Origin: Ginkgo biloba
Lineage: Eukaryota; Plantae; Ginkgophyta
DNA: 21,487 nt
Direction: 5' to 3'
NCBI GenBank assembly: GCA_024626585.2
Contig: JANKJI020000004.1
Location: forward strand, 79,448,388-79,469,874
Shown: in pieces, positions 10,546 through 21,487 of the stretch
How positions within the stretch are numbered: position 1 is the stretch's first letter
Layout of the letters: every line of letters begins with the position of its first letter
Translations under genes and position numbers: made by a program
The notes under the pieces: generated by a model
Told to the model about the DNA's origin: nothing
What the model saw: only the letters and a program-made list of their open reading frames with translations
The model's database searches: none

Positions 10546-12089
10546 CACCGGTGGCCTAGGGGCCTGACACAGGGAAAGGGGCCCATAGGGAAGCTTGGGG
10601 TGGAAAGGGGAGCAGGGTGCCACCAAGAAGAGGTTGTTGAAGTACTAGAGACCTCTAATAAATGCCCAAACGGAGGATGAACATTGCCAAAGAGGAGGAG
10701 ACTTGCCCCACACAGTCACAAAACTGTCAAACATCCACAAAACCGCCCCTTCAAAGGAACCTGCATGTGTATAAGGAGAAAACTGCTTATAAAAACCACT
10801 CAAGTAAACTACCTAATGGAGATAAAGCCACCTATGAAAACTAGAAACCACCAGAGAATACGAAATTGACAATAAAAATTGTCCTCTAANNNNNNNNNNN
10901 NNNNNNNNNNNNNNNNNNNNNNNNNNNNNNNNNNNNNNNNNNNNNNNNNNNNNNNNNNNNNNNNNNNNNNNNNNNNNNNNNNNNNNNNNAATAAGAGAGA
11001 TAATATGAGCTAGGAAGTGAAAAACCTAAGGTGAAAAACTCTCCATCTGTTCCCTTTGGTCATAGCCCCTTTAATAGGATTAACTCCATAAAACCACTTT
11101 CTAGCCCCCTCCTAGTTAGGATGGCACATCAATATAAGCAATACGATCTTGAGTAGAAATTAAATAATTGGTATATGGCCCATTATTGTATGAATAATTA
11201 CGACCCATGTGTGCTAGAAGAGGGTATCTTATGAACATCAAGTGGGAAGAAACCCATAAATATAACAATGCATAAGTAAAGAAGGCATTTGAGAGTAAAA
11301 AGTTAGAATAAGAAGTTGAGGAAAAGAGATTAGATGGATAATATCAAGATTAAAAATTTAGAGATACTCTTAATCTAGTAGTTAATATCAAGCATATCTA
11401 GAAAGTCAAGGAGGACCAAGTGATAGGGTAAATTCTGTAAGGAATGGGGATGGATAACAACATGAATCAATTGACATTGAAACAACTATTAGTTCAAAAA
11501 GAAGAAAAGTAGAGGATAAGGTTGGGATATATAAATAGATCAAGCTAAATAAGGATGATGAATATGTCATAAGTAGTGTTGGATTAAGATGATTTAAAGG
11601 AGCAAAGAATATCATGATAAAGTAAAAATATGCATAGGCATAAAGAACAAATGTTCAAGATTAGGATTGTGCAGAAGAATAATTGTAGTATCTAGTTTAA
11701 GAATAAAAAGTTATAAGTGATGGAGTTAATAATCCCAATAAAAAGAAAAGTAAAATAGATAAGTCGTATAATTTTTTTTTCTATATCAATTTGTCATACA
11801 TTCTTTACTCTATGATGTATATGTGAAATTTTCTTAATATTTAGATAATATAATATTTTATTTACTATAAATCACACGCCTTTATATCGTATCGATGGAA
11901 TGCATATGACTTTGTTTCTATTGATTATATATTTTAATGTTTATGCCTTTATTTCTATTTATTATATATATATATTTTTATTAGGGTAGNNNNNNNNNNN
12001 NNNNNNNNNNNNNNNNNNNNNNNNNNNNNNNNNNNNNNNNNNNNNNNNNNNNNNNNNNNNNNNNNNNNNNNNNNNNNNNNNNNNNNNNN

Positions 12090-13930
12090 ACCTCCTTGAA
12101 AACTCTGGCATTTTCCATAGATACTTTCCCCATCAAAATAGTGTCATCTACAAACTATGCATGGGAAATCCACTTACAATTCATAGTTACCTTCGCTCCC
12201 ACTAATAGATCTCTCTTTGCCTTATCTTCCAACATTCTACCTAGAGCTTCTGCCATCAATATGAAAAGACTGGGAGATAGAGGACAACCTTGCCTTATGC
12301 CTCTACCGCTCCTGAAAAGACCTGTTGAACTTCCATTGACTAGTACAGAGAAGTATGGATTGGAAATACAACCCTCCACTCAACTTCTCCATTCCTTACA
12401 AAAATCAAACCCCTCCAGCACCTTCAAGAGGAAGTGTCTGTCCAAGTAGTCATATGCTTTGGCCATATCCAGTTTGATAAGCATCAGCTTTCCTTTCCTC
12501 ATTCTTGCTGAATGGAGAACTTCCTGGACCAATATCACATTGTTTGCAATTTGATTCCCTTGTACAAACCCCGCTTGTTCCTCTGAAATTAATTTAGACA
12601 ACATGCCTTTCAGCCTATTTGCCATCATCTTTGTAATAATCTTGTAGCAGACATTGCACAACGAAATGGGTCTAAACTTGTCAAATGTCGATGGATTCTT
12701 TTCCTTTGGTATCAAGGCTATAAAGGTAGCATTCATCCTTCTTAAAATCTTTCCTGATTTTCTTGATTCTTTGCAAAACCTTAGTAAATCCTCTTTAATG
12801 ATTTCCTAGCTTTCTTTGAAGAAATTAACCTGAAATCCATCTGGTCCCGGGGATTTCTCTAATTTCATCCCTGCTAATGTATTTTATAGCTCCTCCATTA
12901 TGATTGGTTTCATCAAGTCCAGGTTATCCTCCTCCCCTAACAGAGTAGGTATCACCCTTAGAATCTCTTCCTGAGCCTTAGATCTATCCCCTTGCTCTTT
13001 TGATAGAAAGGAATATAAGTACAACACTACTTCTTCCTTCACCTCCTTAGGAGAGGAAGCGCACTCCCCATTTTTCTTCTTAATTATTTTATGAAATTTG
13101 AGTGAGTCCTTTGGATCGAGGCCTTGTGGAAAAAGGAAGTGTTCCTGTCTCCTACTGGTAACCACAACCTTTGAGACTTAAGATGCCAAGTCTCCTCCTC
13201 TGCCAGCAAGAGAGTACCAAATATTTATAAGCTTCAACTTCCCTAATATCCAGCTCTGGGGAGAGACCCCGCCTCTCAATCTCCTCCTGAATGTCATCCA
13301 CTTCCTATTCTTCTTCCTTCTTTCCCTTCCCCTTTTCTAATGACAACCTTCTATCCTAATCTTTCAGGCATGCTTTAACAAAGCTTAACTTCTTCANNNN
13401 NNNNNNCTGAATATCTCTGAACCCCATTCTGGTTCTCCCTTTCTATACCATTGTTGAATGTTTCTCAAGAAATCCTCCTCGATAAAAAAAGGATTGAATT
13501 TATACAGGGCATTCCTTTCCTTTGGGAACATAAATAACTCCAGACTAACTAGTTTATGGTCAGAGGCTCTGTTCAACAAAATTTTAGAGTCACAGCCCTA
13601 GTGCATCAAAATGTAGTCACTGCTTATTAGGAACTTATCCAAACTTTCTGCCACATAACTTGCACCTATCCTTTTATTTGACCAAGTAAAGAAACTTGAT
13701 TTTGGTTTAATATCTATTAATCAGAACTCCTCCAACCCTGCCAACACCAAATCACTTGTCGTATGTAATGACCACGAGCCACCTCTTTTCTCCTCTTTGG
13801 ATAGGGTAATATTCTAATCACCACCCACAATCTAATTTTTTGGCTTAAGTATTCTAGTACTGGTCCAAAATTGGTCCCAGACCTTCTCTTTGTTATTTTG
13901 TATATTATGATTAACATGAGAGATGTATAA
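12090..13930 (-). mobile_element. Decayed L1-type LINE ORF2 (endonuclease C-terminal part plus reverse transcriptase)
   Basis: FTWSNKR..LDKFL..SDH endonuclease motifs (~13560-13700); FRPISLCNVCYKIITK, EQAGF, KLDMAKAYD, GIRQGCPLSP and FVDD RT motifs; stops and frameshifts; 3' end runs into an N gap. Confidence 0.93.
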
Positions 13931-13959
13931 CCTTTTTTTTGTGAACTTATCAATGTATG

Positions 13960-14251
13960 TGTTGGGAAATATTATTTTATGTAAATTTAATATTATGTTT
14001 ATCAAAATTTAAAGGGTAAAAGAAGCTAAAAATAAAAGGTCGCATACTGCCAATGGTTAGTCATTTTTATGTTTATATTGGAGAGTTGAGACTCATTATA
14101 TGAATTGTTCCTAATGCCAATTTACATCTATAAGTTGGGTACCATATATTAATTGAGCTTATCCAATGTTTCTCCAATATTTGATTTATGTTCTATTTGC
14201 AATATGGATTCTATTAAGTTGTGCTTTTAAAATTTCAACATGGTATTAGAG
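13960..14251 (+). mobile_element. Copia-like 5' LTR (~281 bp, TGTTG...CAACA) followed by tRNA-iMet primer-binding site
   Basis: TGTTG at 13960 and TTCAACA ending at 14240, directly followed by TGGTATTAGAG (one transition from TGGTATCAGAG). Degenerate leader follows. No matching 3' LTR seen. Confidence 0.65.
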
Positions 14252-15603
14252 ATTAGGCTTTGTCTAAGATCAGGTTCAAGGTGATCTGGTTCTCTAGTTT
14301 CTTGGGATTGTTGGGTTTATTAAAAAAGTGTTATCTACTCAGTAATTATGTACAGATTTTAAGGATATAAGGGATTTAATCTAGATTTCAGTTTAAGATT
14401 TAAGTGTTGGTGAGTTCTTGCTGAAAAAGAAGACTCAGTGTTATGTTCTTACTAAAAAAGTAGACTTGGATTATTTTTTTAGCACTTTACTAGATCTAGA
14501 AACCCTAACCTATTTATGTAAATTTTTAGAAACCCCAATTTCAAGATTTATAAAAGTTGTTTCAAAAATTGTGTGGTCATTTTTAGTTACATGAGGGTTT
14601 AGTTGTAGATCGTTTGATGACTACAATACTACATGCCCATTAAGACATAAAGCCATTTCATAACATGTTGCAGGGCCATAGTATAATCCGTCATGGGTTG
14701 TAGATGTGTTTGATATAATACAGGACTCAGAAGAACCTACGACTCCAATCTGTAAAATTATCTTATTGTAGATATCTTTTGTGCCCCCTTAGAGAAATGA
14801 TTGATGGTGACCCCAATAGAACCAATGAAGAAAAATTTGTTGTAGTAACGATTCTATTCAAACATAGGCGATGATATTATACACCAAAAGGGTGACCATG
14901 GCAGATATCCTTTGAAGAAATTATAGAGGTGATGATGGTTGTAGGGAATAATGCAATCTCTGTACCTTCCTCTCACAGGTGTGGGCTAGACACTCAAGCG
15001 ACTCTCACCATGATGATCCAGGGAGAAAAATTACAGTGCAACAATGTAACCAAAACATAGACTGATGACCAAGGAGAATGAATAGTCATGAATTTTTTTT
15101 TTTTAACTTTAGGGTTATACTTTATTAAAAAAGTATTTATTTTTTAATCCTTTTTTTAATTTGATTCTTAATCCCTCTAGTCTTTAAAGTTTGATCATAT
15201 GAATTATGCTATAATTCAATGCTAAATTCTTTTTAACCCATTAAATCATGGTCATATGGGATNNNNNNNNNNNNNNNNNNNNNNNNNNNNNNNNNNNNNN
15301 NNNNNNNNNNNNNNNNNNNNNNNNNNNNNNNNNNNNNNNNNNNNNNNNNNNNNNNNNNNNNNTACAAGCTAGAGCTACGGGTAAATAATTATTTATGTCC
15401 GCTCTAGGACTATTATCTACTCTCCCTCCTTCTAATAAGTTTCCTACCCGTGTATATTAAATAGAAGACAATAAAACTTAAAATTTTCTACAATAGCCAC
15501 ATCAACAAAGGTAGATGGAAATATTCCTCGAATAGATAAGTCAACCTATATTTTTCTTAATAAATAAAAGGTCAAATTTGTTGCTAGGTCTACTATTACT
15601 ATT

Positions 15604-16030
15604 ATAGTTATTGGTTACTTCCTAGGTCAAATCCCACTTGAATAAAGACTTAAGATCTAGTTCATAGATTATTGGGGCAATATGGTAACATCCACTAGAT
15701 TTCTATAACAAGGGTGAATGTCCTTTTTCATATCCTATGGTGTTTCCATGGATAGAGTATTAGTAAGAGGCCCTTGGTCATGTTTAAGTTCAATGTTAAA
15801 GGTCATATGATGGACAGTATATTTCAAACCTCATACTACAAACAAGAATAAGTGCCCTATCTATGTGGAGATTCTAGGGATACCTTTATACATCTAGGAA
15901 TTTATGGAGGACATTGTAGGTCCTATAGTTAATTTTATCCTTGAGGTAATAGAACTATAGTAGAGTGTTCACTCCACACTTAGGGTATGTGTTGAACTTA
16001 ACTTATTGAAAACCTTGGTCAAGGAGGTAT
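15604..16030 (+). mobile_element. Decayed LINE ORF1 (DUF4283-like) remnant
   Basis: Manual translation: IVIGYFLGQIP...YWG, then from 15748 MDRVLVRGPWSCLSSMLKVI*WTVYFKP...PIYVEILGIPLYI*EFMEDIVGPIVNFI...RVCVELNLLKTLVKEV. This fits the GPW / W..F.P / P.WV...G.PL / R.CVE pattern of plant L1 ORF1. Confidence 0.75.
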
Positions 16031-16120
16031 GCATTTTTTATGGAAATTCAATGCAGTCATAAAATGTGAGCTACTTCAACCTACCACTAACCTACTTTAA
16101 ATATTATAAATGAAAGAATA

Positions 16121-16199
16121 CCGGGAATTGCACCACGTGGCTCTTGTTAAATATAAAAAATTCAAACTCAAATTTGAAAGGCCAAAAAAGACCGGGAAG
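16121..16199 (+). promoter_or_regulatory. Aurora proximal promoter with E2F-like, G-box, TATA and CHR-like motifs
   Basis: CCGGGAAT at 16121-16128 (reverse complement ATTCCCGG = WTTSSCSS); CCACGTGG at 16133-16140; TATAAA at 16152-16157; TTCAAA at 16161 and TTTGAA at 16173; second CCGGGAA at 16192. Confidence 0.55.
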
Positions 16200-16354
16200 G
16201 GTTGCGGAGCAGAGTGGAAGATGAAGATGAGAAGATGTCCATAACCTATGACGGCTTCCTCGCTAAGGTTTATAGCTCATCAATTGTTACATTTGGTCAT
16301 CTTCCACAGAGCTCTGATCTCGCATTCAATCTTCCTTCCTCTTAACAGTCAGCC

Positions 16355-16402
16355 ATGGCGGTGGCTGTGAGCGAAGAAGGGAATGCCCAGACAGAACAGC
16401 AG
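16355..16402 (+). CDS. Aurora kinase (alpha-type) first coding exon, MAVAVSEEGNAQTEQQ
   Basis: Strong start context GCCATGGCG; donor CAG|GTAGAA at 16403; lies just upstream of the kinase exons. Confidence 0.7.
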
Positions 16403-16646
16403 GTAGAATCTCTTTCATATTTTGAAATTTTGTTTTTATTTCAGGAATATAATTGTCTGCGGGCATACGCATAAGTATATTCACACATATACACATTTCG
16501 ATTCTCATTTTGATTCTTTTTCCCTAAGGGTTTCAGATTGTATGTGGTTTGTATGGTCNNNNNNNNNNNNNNNNNNNNNNNNNNNNNNNNNNNNNNNNNN
16601 NNNNNNNNNNNNNNNNNNNNNNNNNNNNNNNNNNNNNNNNNNNNNN

Positions 16647-16721
16647 CTGAATGACTTTGACATTGGAAAACTCCTCGGAAAGGGCAAGTTTGGGAATGTG
16701 TACCTTGCCAGAGAGAAGAAG
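16647..16721 (+). CDS. Aurora kinase exon 2 (5' part hidden in N gap), LNDFDIGKLLGKGKFGNVYLAREKK
   Basis: Gly-rich loop GKGKFGNVYLARE of Aurora kinases; donor AAG|GTATAA at 16722. Confidence 0.92.
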
Positions 16722-16972
16722 GTATAAATTATCCACCCTCAGTTTCCGATACAAGAACTAGGTTAACAGGCTTGCACTGCCTATTACCCATAATCCGAGA
16801 CATAGGCATGGCAGTAACACAAGACAGACCGGATAAGTTTACAGAGACATATTTGGGGGGCAAGGTGCCTTGNNNNNNNNNNNNNNNNNNNNNNNNNNNN
16901 NNNNNNNNNNNNNNNNNNNNNNNNNNNNNNNNNNNNNNNNNNNNNNNNNNNNNNNNNNNNNNNNNNNNNNNN

Positions 16973-17455
16973 CAGAGCAACTTTTGTTAGCCTCCTCGAC
17001 ATTTTGGACCACCTATAAGACTAAAACAGGGTTGACACCATTTCAATTAATGTTTGGAGGAGAGGCTGTAATACCTTTGGAATTCACCATTCTTAGCGTT
17101 TGTGTTGCATTGCCTTAATGACTGCATGATGATGATAGTCTTCAACAAATGTGAGAACAAGTCCTTAAATTGGACAAGAAACAACTTCATGCGCAGTGGA
17201 CCATGCAAGTAGTGCAACAATGAAGAAAGGCTTGGCATGATAAACAACTCAAGCACAAAGAATTAGAACCCAAATCATGGGTATTGAAGTATGAGAGCAA
17301 GGGCATGGTGAAACTAGGAAAATTGAAAATCCTCTGGTTTGGGCCCTTCCAATTTGCTCTGTTTAGAATAATGGAGTGGGTCAACTATGAAATCTCGATG
17401 GGTCGCTACAATTGGTGACTGTGAATGGATCCAAGATGAAACTATATAAGTGGTT
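16973..17455 (+). mobile_element. Ty3/gypsy integrase C-terminal remnant in Aurora intron 2, probably followed by 3' UTR/LTR sequence to roughly 18300
   Basis: TTYKTKTGLTPFQLMFGGEAVIPLEF...RKAWHDK.LK.K...WVLKYE...GKLKILWFGPF...VNGSKMKLY (GPF/GPY module) with stops. Confidence 0.88.
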
Positions 17456-19341
17456 GCAAGTAGAGAACTTGAGGTTCACTATGCTCGAGTAGAAGATGAT
17501 TGGCATGCAACATAGGACGATATTAGGTGCCCAACAACTGGGCATATTCTTTTTATGGTGAGGCTCGGTGCTAGAGGGTAGCTAATTGGGTTGTTAGATG
17601 GCAGTTGCACGTACAATGGACGATCTGATGGCCAATCGAGTTGTCGGATGGCTGTTGTATGTGCGATGGACAACGATCGTATGGCCTGCCCAAGGATGGC
17701 CACATTGGAGAATGGACAGTGGCATATCCTGATATTTTCGGAAGGCCATGCAACTGCAATACCTTAGGCAACTTTCTAGACTGACTCCTTATGCAAATTC
17801 AAGCTATTCGATTGTTCTTTGCATGGGTGTTTAAATTTTGGATCACTTATATTAGCGGCTTGTTATTTTGGGTAAGTTTGCACGGGAAGAAAGAGGCCTC
17901 TTGTTTCTTATTTATTTTGGAAAAAGGATTGGACTTCACAACTTGCATCTCAAAGCTTTACTCGAAGGTGGCGATGACAAGGAGCACAAGAGTTGGTGAG
18001 GCATAGTTTGGGGTAGTTTATACCTTGGCAGTTATTTTAGTTTTTTATGTAGATACTAAAATCAATAATATCTCATTATCATATTTGAGTGGACAAGGAG
18101 CAAGGTGGGCCCTTTCAACCTACAATTGGTGCATGAGGAGATTTATGAATTACTTAGTACATTATGGACTATCCACCTATACAAGAATTATGGTCACTTG
18201 GACTAAACAATTGTCCTAGTGGATATGCATTGCAAAAGGAAGGGGTTGTTCATTATGTTAATATACCTATTTTTCCCTAGAATATTTCAATGTTTGGAGA
18301 AGTGATATAATCATATGAAATCATCAAAAAGTGGTGTTCACCACTAAAGGATGGTTTACCTTAGAATTAGTATATTTTTTATGGTTGTTAGAATTTCTAA
18401 ATCATGGGGAGTTGGTGGTCAAGTATATGATAAAAATAACTAAGTATATGAAATAGAGTAAAGTGACCNNNNNNNNNNNNNNNNNNNATAGAGTGCCCAT
18501 AAATTTAGTGATTAGGGGTTTAAGTTACAGGACTTAAATATTAACAAATATTGATTCATTGTAGGTCTAATTTGTTGTAGGATCTTAGGTGATAAAATAT
18601 GCAATTCTTTTTCTTTTTAGATGGTCCCATACCTCAAAGGCATCTTAGTAGGAAAATAATATAATTAGGAACTTATCTCTCATAAAAGATGAAGGAAAGT
18701 ATATATAGAATAACTATGGGCCACTAATTTATATTCAACTTATCTTTATATTTGTTCAAGATGTGCTATGATGCTCTTTAGATAATAATTGAACCTATCA
18801 TTGTGGATATTCCTTCCTTAATAATATGATAATATTTATAACCATCAAATGTAAGACCCAAATGTTAGAGGGAGAAATATGAATATGATTATATGTCTCT
18901 AGTAGCTACACAATGAAATAAGTAAAGATTAATACTATTAGAGGATGAGGATGAGGAGGAATTATAGGTATTTAATTTAGATGAAGTGGACTTGATCTGA
19001 GAAATTAAGTCATAATATTTCTCATAGGAAAATGATGTTATGAACAGAAGCTCACATTAAGTACAATGATTAGCAACATTGCTGTCACTGTATTACTAAA
19101 GCAAATCTTGAATGTATAGATCTCATTTAACTGAAATTTTACTTAAAATTGTTGGTTTGCGTTTAATTTTTATTGTTTTTAAATCAATATATCACACAAA
19201 AATTTGAATGGCGTTTCAAAGGGCAAAATGTTTTGTTTTTAAAAATTGGGCACAAAATGAATTTTGCGGTGACTATGCTTCTTTAACCAGCCATGCATCT
19301 CATTATCTTGTCTGAGCTGGGTTCCTGTTTTGTGCAAACAG

Positions 19342-19485
19342 AGCATGTATGTTGTGGCCTTGAAAGTCTTATTCAAAAACCAGCTTCAAGCATCCCAGGT
19401 AGAACACCAATTGCGAAGGGAAGTTGAAATCCAGAGTCATCTTCGACATCCAAATATACTTCGCCTGTTTGGGTACTTTTATGAT
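19342..19485 (+). CDS. Aurora kinase exon 3, [48 protein letters not shown] (3' end in short N gap)
   Basis: Acceptor AAACAG| at 19341; VALK catalytic Lys and [20 protein letters not shown] Aurora signature. Confidence 0.96.
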
Positions 19486-19598
19486 NNNNNNNNNNNNCAC
19501 CCGTTTTAACACTGTTTAGAAATGCAGCAAAAGCAGGCATGCATTTGAAGGCTTTTGCTTACCGTTTTACTGATTTTGCCACTTGAATTTCTTTATAG

Positions 19599-19694
19599 TG
19601 CCGAGTATATCTTATTCTTGAATATGCTGCAAAGGGTGAGCTGTATAAGGAGTTGCAACGCTGTAAGTGTTTCAGCGAGAAGCGTTCAGCTACC
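19599..19694 (+). CDS. Aurora kinase exon 4, [32 protein letters not shown]
   Basis: TTTATAG| acceptor, ACC|GTAAGT donor, 96 nt; hinge LILEYA.KGELYK. Confidence 0.96.
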
Positions 19695-19780
19695 GTAAGT
19701 GCTTCTCTGTTACCAACATTTGTTCAACGAGTGGTAAAATTTTCTCCTTTTTCTGAAGTTTAGGTGATTGTTTTACACAG

Positions 19781-19876
19781 TACATTGCATCCCTGGCACG
19801 AGCTCTGATCTATTGCCATGAGAAGCATGTGATTCATCGGGACATTAAGCCAGAGAATTTATTGATCGGCATAAAG
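19781..19876 (+). CDS. Aurora kinase exon 5, [32 protein letters not shown]
   Basis: TACACAG| acceptor, AAG|GTAGTC donor; [10 protein letters not shown] catalytic loop. Confidence 0.96.
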
Positions 19877-19965
19877 GTAGTCGGTGAGCATGCACTTGGG
19901 ATTACTGTTTGATGTATTTCAACCTGCAAATAATTCTTGCTGATCCTGGAGGAAATATTTTGCAG

Positions 19966-20063
19966 GGCGAACTAAAAATAGCAGATTTTGGATGGTCTGT
20001 ACATACACTTGATAGGAGACGGACAATGTGTGGGACCTTGGATTACTTGCCTCCTGGAAATGG
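19966..20063 (+). CDS. Aurora kinase exon 6, [30 protein letters not shown](+1 G)EM
   Basis: TTTTGCAG| acceptor; [24 protein letters not shown] activation loop typical of plant alpha-Aurora (AUR1/AUR2-like); extra G at 20056-20057; donor G|GTAAAT at 20064. Confidence 0.93.
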
Positions 20064-20440
20064 GTAAATTNNNNNNNNNNNNNNNNNNNNNNNNNNNNNN
20101 NNNNNNNNNNNNNNNNNNNNNNNNNNNNNNNNNNNNNNNNNNNNNNNNNNNNNNNNNNNNNNNNNNNNNNNNNNNNNNNNNNNNNNNNNNNNNNNNNNNN
20201 NNNNNNNNNNNNNNNNNNNNNNNNNNNNNNNNNNNNNNNNNNNNNNNNNNNNNNNNNNNNNNNNNNNNNNNNNNNNNNNNNNNNNNNNNNNNNNNNNNNN
20301 NNNNNNNNNNNNNNNNNNNNNNNNNNNNNNNNNNNNNNNNNNNNNNNNNNNNNNNNNNNNNNNNNNNNNNNNNNNNNNNNNNNNNNNNNNNNNNNNNNNN
20401 NNNNNNNNNNNNNNNNNNNNNNNNNNNNNNNNNNNNNNNN

Positions 20441-20457
20441 GTCTTCATAAATCCTAA
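20441..20457 (+). CDS. Possible last codons of Aurora kinase, (G)LHKS*
   Basis: Immediately after the 370-N gap the sequence reads nGT CTT CAT AAA TCC TAA, resembling plant alpha-Aurora C-termini (..ADPSG-[IL]-Y-R-x*, recalled). Followed by UTR-like sequence. Remaining kinase exons presumably lie in the gap. Confidence 0.45.
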
Positions 20458-21111
20458 GCGCCTAAGCATTTGGGATACACCACTTTGACGGGTTTGATAC
20501 AACATATGCATATCTGTTACGTGAGATCCAATGTGGAATCTGAAATGGTTTTTGTGCTTTGGCAGCCTTATTGCATCATGTACCTCTTCTTTTTAATATT
20601 AGTGAGACCCATTAGAGACACTGAAATGCTTTTCGTTCAAGCTGCACTGCTTTTTCCGGCTTGTTGCACCATATGAACTCTTGTTCTTATTGCCTAGTGA
20701 CGCCCAATATAGACTCTGAAATTATCTTGTTTAAATCATAAATCAAATCAAGGTATATTGTATATTGTATATGTGAGCATTGTATTGTATGTTGTCGTTT
20801 CTACGACATTAAAATCCCTCCCCCTCTCTCTCTCTTTCCGAATTGATTAAACTCTGGATTGATTGAGTGGTGCAATTGTGTCGGGAAAAAAACTATTGAT
20901 GGCTTTATTATGTCACAATTTTCAGTACTGATGAAAAACATATATCACTATGTGAACAATATGCCACTCTTGTTAGCATTCAGACATTATTTTCTCCAAT
21001 GTGAAGACCACATTGGTTATGGTCATTGAGTGCATTGATTTCATTTTTTAAAATAATTGAAAATCTGATTACAAAAAAATTAAATATTTATTGTAATCAT
21101 TCTATTTCAAA

Positions 21112-21185
21112 GGAGCAACTGTGGCGTAGTGGTTAAAATTTTTGGTTTGAAGGAGGTTGCGAGTTCAAGTCCTTCAATATCATTG
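21112..21185 (+). mobile_element. tRNA-derived SINE head or tRNA pseudogene
   Basis: A-box TGGCGTAGTGG at 21122-21132 and B-box GAGTTCAAGTCC at 21161-21172 at tRNA-like spacing, but no pairing acceptor or anticodon stem. Confidence 0.6.
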
Positions 21186-21487
21186 TTTTTGAACTATTTT
21201 TTGTGTTGCATAGAAAATAACAGTCACATGGATGACCAAAGGTTTAGCATCAAAAAGGGCCTAAGAAGTTCTATTAAGAAGACAAATTAGCATTAGCTTG
21301 CCTTTGAAAAATCTGTCAAATGAAGTCATATTAAGTTGTAACTTTGTAGGCAAATACATTGTTGTAAAGACAATTGAATGGAACAAATAGAACATAAATT
21401 AGGTGCAAGGTTTAGGAGATATTAATCTCTAAAAGTTGGCTCATGTTAAGAATTAATAGTGAAAACTAATAAGTTGGCTCTGGAATT

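Noticed and set aside
10056-10626. Several overlapping 80-139 aa ORFs on both strands
   Set aside because: By-products of the GC-rich inverted-repeat block and the antisense of LSm3 exon 1; no recognisable protein motifs.
10199-11131. Possible solo LTR (TGTAGGTGTCACC ... GGATGGCACATCA)
   Set aside because: Terminal inverted match is weak, there is no TSD, and the span includes a gap; the element cannot be delimited.
11170-11990. Purine-rich then AT-rich tract resembling the 3' end of a hAT-like DNA transposon
   Set aside because: No transposase motif or terminal inverted repeat could be identified.
14500-14509. Telobox AAACCCTAA
   Set aside because: Single copy inside the retrotransposon leader, far from either gene start.
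16776-16815. Short hairpin TGCCTAT...ATAGGCA in Aurora intron 2
   Set aside because: A 7-bp stem is expected by chance.
19972-20511. Long ORFs in the ORF track here and elsewhere (e.g. 916-1206, 6793-7052)
   Set aside because: Artefacts of translation through N runs.
21066-21099. Inverted repeat TGATTACAA...TTGTAATCA
   Set aside because: A 9-bp AT-rich stem with no other support.

Overview
Eukaryotic, plant-nuclear, AT-rich window from a gappy draft assembly with many ~100-N gaps. The long TE-filled introns and the style of the gag remnant suggest a gymnosperm-like large genome (inference). It holds two divergently transcribed housekeeping genes. (1) A complete 3-exon LSm3 (U6 snRNA-associated Sm-like protein, 97 aa) on the minus strand: join of 10019-10135, 9368-9463 and 2288-2368, with a ~7 kb second intron. 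(2) An alpha-type Aurora kinase on the plus strand from 16355 to about 20457, partly hidden in gaps, with an apparent 1-nt frameshift in the PPEM motif. The rest is decayed mobile DNA and repeats: LINE ORF2 and ORF1 remnants, a Copia-like LTR with primer-binding site, Ty3/gypsy gag and integrase remnants, two tRNA-derived SINE-like elements, an ~0.9 kb tandem triplication and several short duplications. The most unusual structure is an interleaved (A-B-A'-B') double inverted repeat 52 nt upstream of the LSm3 start codon. I see no solid evidence for a novel multi-gene system; the findings are structural oddities worth checking.
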